The notes: generated from the letters alone by a model not told the origin. 57,404 nucleotides of DNA from Deltaproteobacteria bacterium RIFCSPHIGHO2_02_FULL_43_33 (GCA_001798165.1 MGRL01000004.1:1922-59325), one strand, 5' to 3'; shown: positions 27,415 through 37,029, numbered from the stretch's first letter. Program-made: numbers and translations.

Positions 27415-28593
27415 ATGAAAAAAAGGTACCTTGTCCCGCATATTCTACGCGATATTAATGAAAAGATGGTTTTCATCGGTGGTGCCAGGCAGGTTGGGAA
27501 GACGAGCCTGGCAAGGTATGTTGCCGAAAAATATTTCAAGTCATACGATTATCTGAACTGGGATGCGCGGGATGATAGAAAGAATATTTTACAGTCACAG
27601 TTTAAAGGTAATGCCGAGATTATCCTGTTCGATGAAATACACAAGTACAAGGACTGGAAGAGTTATCTCAAGGGGCAGTTTGATAAGCATAAAGATGATT
27701 TCAAGATTCTTGTGACTGGAAGCGCAAGGCTGGATGTATACAGGCGGGGTGGAGATTCGCTTATGGGAAGGTACTACTACTATCGCCTTCATCCCTTCAG
27801 CCTTGCGGAGTTTCTTGAAAAGGAGAATGAAATTGTTCCATTCAAAGGAATAGTCTTTCAGGAGTCAGGGAAGGAGACAAAAGAGACGTTAGAGGTTGCG
27901 TTGAAATTTGGCGGGTTCCCTGAGCCGATGCTTAAGCAGAGCGAAAAGGGACTGAGGAGATGGCATAACCAGAGGGTTGAAAGGTTGGTGAGGGAGGATA
28001 TTAGGGATTTGGAGAATATCAGGGAACTGTCGCTTCTTCAGGTCCTTGTTGACATTCTTCCCGGCAAGGTCGGCTCCCTTCTGTCCCTCAACTCTTTGAG
28101 GGAAGACCTTTCTGTGGCTCATAAGACTGTAGCACACTGGGTGGATATTCTTGAGAGGTTTTATTATCATTTCAGGATTTACCCCTTTCATCATAAAAAA
28201 ATAAGGTCTCTGAAAAAGGAGCCTAAGTTGTATCTATGGGATTGGTCTGAGGTTCCTGATGAAAGAGGCGCCAGACTGGAGAATATAGTCGCCTCCCACC
28301 TGCTCAAGATGTGTCATTTTCTGAATGATGTGGAGGGATTCAAGACCGACCTCCATTTTTTGAGGGATATAGAAGGACGGGAGGTTGATTTCCTAGTTAC
28401 TGAAAACGGTAAGCCGTGGTTTGCTGTGGAGGTTAAGTCCAATTCCAGAGAGGTCTCAAAAAACCTGCTCTATTTTGGAGACAGGTTGGATATTCCCTTT
28501 CTGTATCATGTCGTCTCTGAAGAGAATGTCGACATAAGGAAGGATAAAGTGAGGATTATAAGCCTGGATAGATTTATGGTTTCACTTGTGTAA
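27415..28593 (+). CDS. AAA-type ATPase with a C-terminal PD-(D/E)XK-like nuclease motif (COG1373/DUF4143-type architecture)
   Basis: Walker A GGARQVGKTS and Walker B IILFDEIH. C-terminal REVDFLV, about 11 aa, then AVEVKS (D...ExK). Confidence 0.8.
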   Translation: MKKRYLVPHILRDINEKMVFIGGARQVGKTSLARYVAEKYFKSYDYLNWDARDDRKNILQSQFKGNAEIILFDEIHKYKDWKSYLKGQFDKHKDDFKILVTGSARLDVYRRGGDSLMGRYYYYRLHPFSLAEFLEKENEIVPFKGIVFQESGKETKETLEVALKFGGFPEPMLKQSEKGLRRWHNQRVERLVREDIRDLENIRELSLLQVLVDILPGKVGSLLSLNSLREDLSVAHKTVAHWVDILERFYYHFRIYPFHHKKIRSLKKEPKLYLWDWSEVPDERGARLENIVASHLLKMCHFLNDVEGFKTDLHFLRDIEGREVDFLVTENGKPWFAVEVKSNSREVSKNLLYFGDRLDIPFLYHVVSEENVDIRKDKVRIISLDRFMVSLV

Positions 28594-28624
28594 AATAGCG
28601 AGGTTTTTAATCGCTATTTTACGG
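28590..28624. repeat. 35-nt hairpin GTAAAATAGCGAGGTTTTTAATCGCTATTTTACGG, solo copy
   Basis: Identical to 8001-8035 and one mismatch from the rc of 17350-17384. Contains the ATPase stop codon (28591-28593). Confidence 0.9.
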
Positions 28625-28705
28625 TAGATGAAAGGCTGTACTCTCCAGCATGATAGTCACAACCTTTATTGTTGCGGTTTTTCGGACATAAAGCGCCCCC
28701 CTTTG

Positions 28706-28847
28706 CTTGGATATAAAAAAGGGCGATTTCCCAGTGTCTGAAAAGGCAGCCAAGGAAACTCTGGCACTGCCGATTTATCCCGAACTTACACCGGAAGAGC
28801 AGGAGTATGTGGTTAGCAAACTTGTTGAATTTTATAAGAAAATTTAA
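28706..28847 (+). pseudogene. orphan 3' fragment (last ~47 codons) of a DegT-family aminotransferase
   Basis: Aligns to 27166-27309 at roughly 90% identity by hand count. There is a 1-nt indel at its 5' edge and no start codon. Confidence 0.85.
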
Positions 28848-28990
28848 CAAACGCTTATGGATATTTTTGTGAACGCAAAACCTGTTAAGGTTGACTTTTT
28901 CAAATATTGTGCTAAAGATTACCGCACATAATAAACGGCAGTGATTTCAAAATTCAGGAGATGATATGGTTACACTGATTTTAAGAAGCA

Positions 28991-29060
28991 GATTACACAG
29001 ATTTGGACGGGAAGGTTGGTTTTTAATCTGTGCAATCGTTTTTTCAGAATCTGTGTAATC
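28991..29060. repeat. cluster of GATTACACAGAT motifs (28991-29002 forward; 29026-29037 variant and 29049-29060 reverse)
   Basis: Direct reading. The same 12-mer cluster recurs at 53714-53891. Confidence 0.85.
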
Positions 29061-29081
29061 AATTTATTCATAGGAGGGTGC

Positions 29082-29657
29082 ATGATAAAAGATATTGACC
29101 GTTATTTTTCAGAACTTGGGGGTCTATTTTTAAAGACGCAAATTACTGATAAAGACAATAAAGCTATTGATTTTGCCGACGCGGTGGGGAATGCCATAAA
29201 TTTAATTGCCTCCCTGACTTCAAAAGGCTGCAAGGTTATATTTATAGGCAACGGCGGCAGCGCCTCTATTGCGAGCCATCAGGCAATAGACTTTTTTAAA
29301 AACGGCGGCATGCGCGCAATCGCCTTTAACGATTCATCTCTTTTAACCTGCCTGAGCAATGATTTCGGCTATGAATATGTGTTTGAAAAACCGATTGAGA
29401 TGTTTGCCGGTAAAGGGGATGTATTGATGGCAATAAGCAGTTCAGGCAAATCTGAAAACATATTGCGCGGTGTTGATGCAGGCAAAAGAACCGGTTGCCA
29501 TATAATCACCATGTCGGGCTTTAAACCGGACAATCCCCTACGGAGCAGAGGAGAACTGAATTTCTATGTTCCGTCAGATTCCTACGGCTATGTAGAGATT
29601 ACTCACCTTACCCTTTGTCACTGTATGGTGGATACTATTGTAGCCAAAAAGAAATAA
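29082..29657 (+). CDS. gmhA: SIS-domain phosphoheptose isomerase (GmhA-like)
   Basis: GNGGSASIASH and SSSGKSENI motifs. GGAGGG precedes ATG 29082. The ORF opens at 29016. Confidence 0.8.
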   Translation: MIKDIDRYFSELGGLFLKTQITDKDNKAIDFADAVGNAINLIASLTSKGCKVIFIGNGGSASIASHQAIDFFKNGGMRAIAFNDSSLLTCLSNDFGYEYVFEKPIEMFAGKGDVLMAISSSGKSENILRGVDAGKRTGCHIITMSGFKPDNPLRSRGELNFYVPSDSYGYVEITHLTLCHCMVDTIVAKKK

Positions 29658-29698
29658 GTTTGTTGGTAATATGATATTTTATTTGGAAGATAAAGTTA

Positions 29699-30145
29699 AT
29701 GACATTAAAAAAACACGCAATTCAGGCATCCATAGGCAGTATAATACTGGCGCCGTTTTTAGGTTTTGATGTCATTATCTTTTTCTTAAGCGTCATATTT
29801 ATTGACGTTGACCATTACTTTGATTTTGTAATTGTTTGTAAAAGGTTTAGCATAAGAGATATGTTCAGATACTACGATTGGCTTTGGCAGGAAAGACATG
29901 CGGTATACGGGTTAAGTGTTTTTCATACGGCAGAGATTTTTTTACTGTTGTTTATACTTGGTTTTTGGAGCTATTATTTTTGGCTTATATTGTTTGGATT
30001 TTCTGTGCATCTTATGTTTGATCTTTATTATTTATATGCCCATAATTGTTTTTTCAACAGGGCTTTTTCCATTGTTGAATATATTGTAAAGAGCAAGGGG
30101 ATAAAGTGTTACCCTGTTCCTGCAAAGGAGTTCTGGAATGTATGA
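29699..30145 (+). CDS. small polytopic membrane protein, unknown function (possible metal-dependent membrane hydrolase: IDVDH, FHT)
   Basis: Four hydrophobic segments. Its end overlaps the radical SAM gene start. Confidence 0.5.
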   Translation: MTLKKHAIQASIGSIILAPFLGFDVIIFFLSVIFIDVDHYFDFVIVCKRFSIRDMFRYYDWLWQERHAVYGLSVFHTAEIFLLLFILGFWSYYFWLILFGFSVHLMFDLYYLYAHNCFFNRAFSIVEYIVKSKGIKCYPVPAKEFWNV

Positions 30146-31649
30146 TCTGATTTTGATATCGCCTATAAATACTCAACTTGGAAGATTCAAAAGATTTGTG
30201 CCCCGGAGCGTGCCGATTGGAGTAGGTATCCTTGCCGGCTTTCTGAGGAAGCAAGGGTTTTCCGTTAAAATAATAGACCATGAATTGATAGACATTAATA
30301 TCAATACAATAAAAGACATTCTTGAGCAGTGTAAAAAGCCATGTATAGTCGGCATCAGCGTTATGACAGCCAATGTGGCCAGCGGCTACAAGACAGCAGC
30401 TATTATTAAATCTGTCGATAAAGAAGCAATAGTTATTTTTGGCGGCATACACCCTACAGTAATGCCTGACGAGATTCTTCAAAACGGTAATATTGATTTT
30501 ATTGTTAAAGGAGAGGCGGAATATACCTTTTTAGAACTTATTCGGCAAATTAAAGGTGGTTCAATTGAACGGGATAAGCTTGAAAATATCGGTTTTGTGG
30601 AAGATGGGAAGATAGTTTACACAAAAACCTCTACGAAAATGGTGGATGTAAATGAAGTGCCGATGTTTCCTTATGATATGTATGACCCGTCTCACTACAA
30701 TTTGGGTTTCATTTTAACTTCAAGGGGATGTCCGTTTGACTGCATTTTTTGCAGCCAGCGGGTTATTACGAAAAGAAGCTACAGATATATTTCATCGGAA
30801 CGGGTTATAGAAGAGCTTGATTATTTAATCAATGACTTAAAACAGCCCAATATCACATTTTTTGATGATTATTTTACCGGAAATAAAAAAAGGGTATTTG
30901 AGTTGTGCGAGATGATACAAAAAAAAGGTTTTCATAAAAAGGCTTGTTTCGGTGTGCAAACCCGCGGTGACAGTATTAATAAAGAGCTTATGAAGGCTAT
31001 GAGGGCAGCCAACTTCAACAGTTTGATGTTCGGAGTTGAAACTGCTTCTGAAAATCTAATGAAGGTAATCAATAAGGCTGAGACCGTACAAGAAAATATA
31101 GACGCCATAAAACTTGCGAAAGAGATGGGTTTTGCTACTGAAGCCACATTCATATTTGGTTTTCCAACAGAGACCTTTGATGATAGATTTAAAGCCCTTT
31201 CTCTTGCCAATGAGATTGGGATTGATAGGGCAAGATTTAATAATGCCACGCCATATCCGGGAACGGCAATGTATGAGATGGTCAAAGATAAAATAAAGAA
31301 AGAGCCTATGTGGATCAATTTCAGTTCTGCAGGCGCTGTTACCTCTGGCATCAGAAAAAAATATCCGCTTCCGTATGTGCCGGATGAGTGCAGCGAGAAA
31401 GAGTTGGAGGGGACCATTCTTTTGGCAAATCTGTTATTTTATTTGAATTTTACCAATTTGAAGAAACTTTTCAATCCCGGGCAAAGCGGCAGCGGTAAAT
31501 GGTTTGAGGTTTCTAAAAAAGAAATGTTATCTATTGGCACACTGATTGACCTCTCACTTTTAGCCGGCACAGTCTTAATAAGGTCATTGAACTATCTTTT
31601 ATCAAGCAAGAACTGCCGCAGATTCTTTTTCAGAGGCATAAGGCAGTAA
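30138..31649 (+). CDS. B12-binding-domain radical SAM enzyme (class B)
   Basis: SRGCPFDCIFC fits CxxxCxxC. The N-terminus is Rossmann-like and cobalamin-domain-like (IVGISVMTANV, VIFGGIHPT). Confidence 0.85.
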   Translation: MYDLILISPINTQLGRFKRFVPRSVPIGVGILAGFLRKQGFSVKIIDHELIDININTIKDILEQCKKPCIVGISVMTANVASGYKTAAIIKSVDKEAIVIFGGIHPTVMPDEILQNGNIDFIVKGEAEYTFLELIRQIKGGSIERDKLENIGFVEDGKIVYTKTSTKMVDVNEVPMFPYDMYDPSHYNLGFILTSRGCPFDCIFCSQRVITKRSYRYISSERVIEELDYLINDLKQPNITFFDDYFTGNKKRVFELCEMIQKKGFHKKACFGVQTRGDSINKELMKAMRAANFNSLMFGVETASENLMKVINKAETVQENIDAIKLAKEMGFATEATFIFGFPTETFDDRFKALSLANEIGIDRARFNNATPYPGTAMYEMVKDKIKKEPMWINFSSAGAVTSGIRKKYPLPYVPDECSEKELEGTILLANLLFYLNFTNLKKLFNPGQSGSGKWFEVSKKEMLSIGTLIDLSLLAGTVLIRSLNYLLSSKNCRRFFFRGIRQ

Positions 31650-31707
31650 TTCCCATGGAAAAGCCTTTGTAAATCTTCTGTTTTTTCCCGGCACAGACAC
31701 ATTTATT

Positions 31708-34700
31708 ATGAAAAAAGATATTGGCGAATTTGTAAAAAAATATCCTGCAGCCATAGAGACAGTAATTGGCATATCGGCTATTGCGTTTTTGGTATATACA
31801 ATGCGCTCTATGTTGATAACGGGTGAAGCAACACTCATCCACGACAACCTCTTATGGAATTATCCAATCTTTCAATTCTTTGCTGAAAATATAATCAATG
31901 GTCATTTTCCCATATGGGATCCATTCAGCCATGCCGGCGAGCCCTTCTATCCTATCATTGGGCAGATGAGGCTTTTTGAGCCCGTTGCTCTTTTAACTAT
32001 ATACTTGGGGCAATTTATCACGCATGACATTGTCATGCTGTTTAACTGGAATCGTTTTATCCAAAGTCTCATTATGGCCTTTGGGGTATATATTGTTTTT
32101 CGTCCATTGACAGCGAATCTTTTTATCAAACTTTCTCTGATACCCATTTTACTCTTCTCTTCATTTTTCCTTGGTTCATTCAGACAAGATGCCATCTTGA
32201 ATCAATTCCTCTGGCTTCCTTTTGTTGCCTACTTTCTGCTTCGTATTATTTATTATAAAGAGTGCCGCTGGCATAACTGGCTCCTGCTTGCCGCTATTAT
32301 TGGCCTTAACTGGCAATCCTATTTTTTTACCGGCACATGGATATTTCTTCTGTTTTTTGTTTTAGGCATTATTCTTTTTTACAGGAATTTATTAGCGGCA
32401 CTCTTTAAATCTAAAATGATCGTATTAAAACTTACAGCAGCGGCTGTTATTATTTTTGCCATGGCTGTGCCAAATATTATCCTCATGATGGAAAAGGATA
32501 AGTATGTATTTCCTGCAAGAATGGTAGATATTTCTAAAATGCAGATTCTAGGAGGAGGGCCATTACAATACGAAAACGGATATTCTTCGGCTACAGCATC
32601 TGGTATAAATATGCCGTATAATTTTATTGCTTTTACAGGGACATTTTCAACCATATGGGACTTTATTCAAATTATATCGCCAGATGGAAATAATTATGTT
32701 GGTTGGCCTTCCAGGACCGGATGGGGACACCCTTCAGAGGCGTATATGTATCTTGGTTTTTTGCCGTGGGCAATTGCTCTATTGGGTCTTGTGGCAGGAA
32801 GGCATGATCTGAAGCGGTTGTGGCTGTTAATTCTTATATCTTTTGGATTGTTAATGATAGGCCCTCCCGGAGGTTTGCATAGGTTGCTATATTATGCATA
32901 CCCACCTATGTGGTTTTTGAGACATACTCATGCCCTTGTCTTGTTTTTTATTTTTGCCTTCTTATATTTTTATGTTTTGGGTTTAAATCATATTTTTCAG
33001 ACATGGGAGGGCAGAGTTTTTCCCTCCCACAATTCGCAAGGCCCCCTCAGCCGTTTTATTAAAAACAGTAAAGTGTGCAGAGTTGCCGCTTTTTTTATAC
33101 TTTCTGCCTGTATGGTTGCATCTGTCTATTTGATGACAAAATTGACATATCCCGTAACAAACTATCTGTTTGGTTTTATCATTCTAATCTTTGCTGTTTA
33201 TTGGCTCATAAGAAAGGGTTTGGGCGAAAAGGGTTTATATATGAGTTTAGTAGTAAGCCATATAGCAATAGTTCTTGTATTGTCTCCAAATACATTTAAA
33301 TTTATAAGATATATAATCCCATCATTAGGGCTTCCGCTTGTATTATTTATATTTATAAAATCACGAGAAAGCCTTTCCTCCAAATTTAAACATTATGCGC
33401 CAATAATTCTATTATCTATATTTAGCATTAGTTTAATCAGCGACCTTGTTTATAGCCTTAGAAAATCTTCTTTTCTGTATCAAGGTGAAAAACATCCCGG
33501 CATTACACTTAATATTAATACAACACCACAACCGCCTTTGTTGCCTCAATACAGACTTCTTGAGCCGCATAATTACGCTGCTTATTCTGAACAAGGCGTG
33601 CGGTATCTTTCCCTTGCATACAGGCAGCCTTTTGTTTTTTCTCCTATAATGGAGCCTGACTATTCTGCTTCTTATGTGCATGTAAAGAAGGCTTTTAACG
33701 GGTTAACCAATAAAACTTTTGAAGATCGGGTTATATCTCCAGACGGAAGCTTTTTGCCTAAACAGTTCACATATCATCAAGAAGGAAGTGGCGGAAAAAC
33801 AGAAAGAAATATTAGCTCCGAATGGCTCAAGGATGGGAGCTCCTCTGTTTTATTAGCCCCATCTGATGTAGGTGATTCTTATATAGCATATCAGACATCG
33901 CAGATTGAAGAAATAAGAGGTCAATATGTCAGGCTGTCGCTATGGGTAAAAAGCCGTAATAAGTCTGAGCAGGCTATTAAAGCGGAAATTCAGGTTGATG
34001 ACGGCCCTATAGCTTCAAAACTTTATGATAATAGCGGCGATTGGGAGCATTTTACAATTGGAAAATATATTGATAAGGACGCAGCAAAACTGACCATAAA
34101 ATGCAACATCAGCTCCTCTGCCACTGCGCCTGCATATCTTGACGGACTTGCTGTAGAGATAGTAGAGATTAAGCCGGATAAGATTGACGATGTCTTAAAG
34201 TCTAAGAGGTGGAGCAGCTTTTTGCTGCTTAAAAAATATTTTGCCCTTATTAATATGGGCATTCCGCCTTTAGCTTTAGAAGAAATGTTTGCAGTCGGCA
34301 AGCCTATGTTTCAATTTAAGCAAGGCGCTATTCAAGTAGAAGAAAGCAAAACCGCAACCTTTTTGAAACAATTAGGTTCTGATAAATCTGTAGAGTTACT
34401 GCAGAAGTTTATAATAATAAATGAACAGGTTGAACCATTGTTAGGTAAATTTATAATATCTCCCGCAGACTACGAAAAGAAAGGCCAAACAGTTTCTGAT
34501 ATGCAAAAGCAAGGAAGTTTTACATATGCCATTGAAAGATATAACTACAATTTCTTTGAAATGAAGTCTTCTGCAGATAACGACGGCATTCTCTACTGGG
34601 CAGATGGATATGATAAGAGCTGGCATGCATATATAAACGGGAAAGAGGTTCCAATTTATAGGACAAATATAAATTTTAAGGCAATTAGCCTTCCTAAAGG

Positions 34701-34845
34701 AACAAATACTATTAAGTTTATTTATAAACCCGTATGGTTTAAAGCTACCTTAATTTTCTTTTTTGGAGTATTTATTATATGTATTTTGGTGGTTACTACG
34801 ACATCAATTATATTGAGAGTTAAGAAACTCACTTATAAAGCATAA
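31708..34845 (+). CDS. YfhO-like GT-C-fold membrane glycosyltransferase paralogue 1, with a CBM-like insert
   Basis: N-terminal HDNLLWNYP...GHFPIWDPFSHAGEPFY, many TM helices, C-terminal WADGYDKSWHAYINGKEVPIYRTNINFKAISLPKGTNTIKFIYKP, then a terminal TM helix. Confidence 0.65.
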   Translation: MKKDIGEFVKKYPAAIETVIGISAIAFLVYTMRSMLITGEATLIHDNLLWNYPIFQFFAENIINGHFPIWDPFSHAGEPFYPIIGQMRLFEPVALLTIYLGQFITHDIVMLFNWNRFIQSLIMAFGVYIVFRPLTANLFIKLSLIPILLFSSFFLGSFRQDAILNQFLWLPFVAYFLLRIIYYKECRWHNWLLLAAIIGLNWQSYFFTGTWIFLLFFVLGIILFYRNLLAALFKSKMIVLKLTAAAVIIFAMAVPNIILMMEKDKYVFPARMVDISKMQILGGGPLQYENGYSSATASGINMPYNFIAFTGTFSTIWDFIQIISPDGNNYVGWPSRTGWGHPSEAYMYLGFLPWAIALLGLVAGRHDLKRLWLLILISFGLLMIGPPGGLHRLLYYAYPPMWFLRHTHALVLFFIFAFLYFYVLGLNHIFQTWEGRVFPSHNSQGPLSRFIKNSKVCRVAAFFILSACMVASVYLMTKLTYPVTNYLFGFIILIFAVYWLIRKGLGEKGLYMSLVVSHIAIVLVLSPNTFKFIRYIIPSLGLPLVLFIFIKSRESLSSKFKHYAPIILLSIFSISLISDLVYSLRKSSFLYQGEKHPGITLNINTTPQPPLLPQYRLLEPHNYAAYSEQGVRYLSLAYRQPFVFSPIMEPDYSASYVHVKKAFNGLTNKTFEDRVISPDGSFLPKQFTYHQEGSGGKTERNISSEWLKDGSSSVLLAPSDVGDSYIAYQTSQIEEIRGQYVRLSLWVKSRNKSEQAIKAEIQVDDGPIASKLYDNSGDWEHFTIGKYIDKDAAKLTIKCNISSSATAPAYLDGLAVEIVEIKPDKIDDVLKSKRWSSFLLLKKYFALINMGIPPLALEEMFAVGKPMFQFKQGAIQVEESKTATFLKQLGSDKSVELLQKFIIINEQVEPLLGKFIISPADYEKKGQTVSDMQKQGSFTYAIERYNYNFFEMKSSADNDGILYWADGYDKSWHAYINGKEVPIYRTNINFKAISLPKGTNTIKFIYKPVWFKATLIFFFGVFIICILVVTTTSIILRVKKLTYKA

Positions 34846-34853
34846 AAACATAT

Positions 34854-34886
34854 TATAAACCTATCCCCATCGTCAAGACAAAAAAA
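34854..34886 (-). repeat. 33-nt promoter-like inverted repeat, left copy
   Basis: Its rc, TTTTTTTGTCTTGACGATGGGGATAGGTTTATA, matches 36991-37023 at 29 of 33 positions. Confidence 0.8.
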
Positions 34887-35030
34887 CAGGGTTGTATTTG
34901 GTGGAAAGGAGATGGGGATAGAGTAAAATGTGATTGATGTAAGGATGTTATTATTTTGGACCGGCATTTGTTGAATTTCAGAACTTCTATATGGTGTGTA
35001 TGAAAACAAATGGATATGGAGCTATTATAG

Positions 35031-36104
35031 ATGGTTGAATCTGTAAGAAATAATTTCCAGAGAAAGCATGGTCTTATAAGATTTGGCCGGTGGCTTATAT
35101 TTTTACTGATAGGTGGAGTCCTTCTATTCTTTATATGGTTAGCTATGCCCATAGAAGACTTTGATTCGGAAAGGCTTATTATTGGTGAGTCTACTGCCTA
35201 TGTTTCTTTAAAATTGAATTTAAAAGACCGTGGTATAAAGAGTCTTCTGAATATTGTTAATGATATGTATATGAGAAATTCGCCGGCGGCCCGGGCTATT
35301 CCGTATCTTTTGCCACATAAAATTTCAGCCGGGATAATCTATAATATTGACAATCCGAAAAAACACGACTATCTGGTAATTGCCGATATCGGCAAGCGGA
35401 TAAGGCTTCTTAATATTATTGGGAGGGTATTACCATATTTTACGATCAAGAATCTCACTGTTGAATATGCTGCATATCATGGCTACAGGGTGATGATTCT
35501 TGGAGGCAAAAACTTACAAGAAATAAGCCTTGCTGTAGTTTATGGAAAAATAGTTGCCAGTAATAATATTGAATTTCTCAAAAAAGCCCTTGATAATGTT
35601 GCTGAAGGGAAGAATTCTTTCTTTGAACAGCCTGCAATCAATTATCTCTATCGTACCGCATCCCGATATGATGGAGTAGTTCTTGTTAACAATATTAGCA
35701 GCCGGCTTACGAGGATTGTTAGAGATGCCGAGGATAAATATCATTACAGTATTTTCCCATCGGTAGATACTGTAGCCGCTATTGCAGCAGGTGTGGATAT
35801 TGTGGATGAAGATAGGGTTGAGGGCGAGATGGTTTTATCTCAATATCATTCGAGTGAGAGTGAAGTGGTTGGTGAAGACATGCGGTTTTTTGCAGGGTTT
35901 TTTCGTAGGATTCTTAGGGCATATGATATAGATATCCATGGTGATGTAACTATACAGGATAACAATGTGCGCTTCTTTTTTAAGGGCGAAGGCTTTAGGG
36001 CATTATGGGAAAAGATTCTAAAAGGAGGTTTCTCTCATGAAAAAACATCTTTTAATCGCACTGAGCATTATCTTTTGGCTCATACCTTCTGTGAGTGTGG
36101 CTGA
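35031..36104 (+). CDS. membrane-anchored periplasmic protein, unknown function (paralogue of the next gene)
   Basis: N-terminal TM helix. Segments IVASNNIEFLKKALDNV and DIVDEDRVEGEMVL align with the next protein. Confidence 0.55.
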   Translation: MVESVRNNFQRKHGLIRFGRWLIFLLIGGVLLFFIWLAMPIEDFDSERLIIGESTAYVSLKLNLKDRGIKSLLNIVNDMYMRNSPAARAIPYLLPHKISAGIIYNIDNPKKHDYLVIADIGKRIRLLNIIGRVLPYFTIKNLTVEYAAYHGYRVMILGGKNLQEISLAVVYGKIVASNNIEFLKKALDNVAEGKNSFFEQPAINYLYRTASRYDGVVLVNNISSRLTRIVRDAEDKYHYSIFPSVDTVAAIAAGVDIVDEDRVEGEMVLSQYHSSESEVVGEDMRFFAGFFRRILRAYDIDIHGDVTIQDNNVRFFFKGEGFRALWEKILKGGFSHEKTSFNRTEHYLLAHTFCECG

Positions 36105-36969
36105 GAAAGAATCCACGCTTCACAGAGATGCGCTTGTCGCATTTCATATTGTGAATGACTCAAGAGATCCCGGAGTTTCCTGGCTGATGACTAATTGGCT
36201 TGCTCAGATTAAGGCATCCCGGAGGATTTCACAACAAGAAAAACAGGCTTTTGGGGAGCTATTTCCGAATATGCCTCGAGATATTGAAGGCGGTATTATA
36301 GATCAGGATACCATGATAGTTATTGCTCCATTAATATCAAAGAATAGCATTTCGGAAGATACCCTGATAAACCTAATAAAGAAAGACATACCTATGAAAA
36401 GGTTTAGTTATAAAGGCTATGCAGGATATCATAGAATAGGAGAAGGAAAAATGCACATATCTGCTTTTGCTTTAAGCAAGAAATATGCAGTTCTTGCCAG
36501 CAATAGCGACTATATTAAAAAAACAATAGATATTATGGAAAACAAGAAAGAAAGATTGTCTGATGATTCCGGATATAAGGAGACCTTGTCCCTCCTTCCA
36601 CCGAAAGCTGACATTATGATTTTTGCTAATAATAAAGATAAGGGGTTTTCTCGAATATTGAAGGGATGGGAGAAAAAGTGGAAAATGACCGTTTTCCTTT
36701 CAGCACCTTACCTTGATTCCATGGGCTTATCTTTTGATGTTATTAATGAGGATAAGATGAAAGGAATGCTTGCCTTTAAATGCTCCCAGAAAAATAGAAT
36801 TCCGGATGTAGTAGATGACGCAAGATTTTTGGGGGAGGTATTGAGGAGAAAGTTTGCAAAAGAAAAAATAAAGTATACTTCTAAAGTGACTTTAAAAGAC
36901 AACTATGTTTTTTTAGAAGTGGAGATTTCCGGCATGAAACCTCTATGGATAATGCTTTTTAATCAGTAA
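36037..36969 (+). CDS. secreted periplasmic protein, unknown function (paralogue of the previous gene)
   Basis: AAGGAGG 8 nt before the ATG. Signal peptide MKKHLLIALSIIFWLIPSVSVA. Segments VLASNSDYIKKTIDIM and DVINEDKMKGMLAF. Overlaps the previous gene by 68 nt. Confidence 0.65.
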   Translation: MKKHLLIALSIIFWLIPSVSVAEKESTLHRDALVAFHIVNDSRDPGVSWLMTNWLAQIKASRRISQQEKQAFGELFPNMPRDIEGGIIDQDTMIVIAPLISKNSISEDTLINLIKKDIPMKRFSYKGYAGYHRIGEGKMHISAFALSKKYAVLASNSDYIKKTIDIMENKKERLSDDSGYKETLSLLPPKADIMIFANNKDKGFSRILKGWEKKWKMTVFLSAPYLDSMGLSFDVINEDKMKGMLAFKCSQKNRIPDVVDDARFLGEVLRRKFAKEKIKYTSKVTLKDNYVFLEVEISGMKPLWIMLFNQ

Positions 36970-36990
36970 TATTCCATTAAGAACATCTCA

Positions 36991-37029
36991 TTTTTTTGTC
37001 TTGACAATGAAGATAGGTTTAGCTAACTT
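36991..37029 (+). promoter_or_regulatory. 33-nt inverted repeat, right copy, containing a sigma70-like promoter (TTGACA 37001-37006, 17 nt, TAACTT 37024-37029)
   Basis: Direct reading. Lies about 300 nt upstream of the YfhO-2 start. Confidence 0.4.

Noticed and set aside
28614-28850. 78-aa minus-strand ORF
   Set aside because: It is antisense to the orphan DegT 3' fragment. The plus-strand homology to 27166-27309 explains the sequence.
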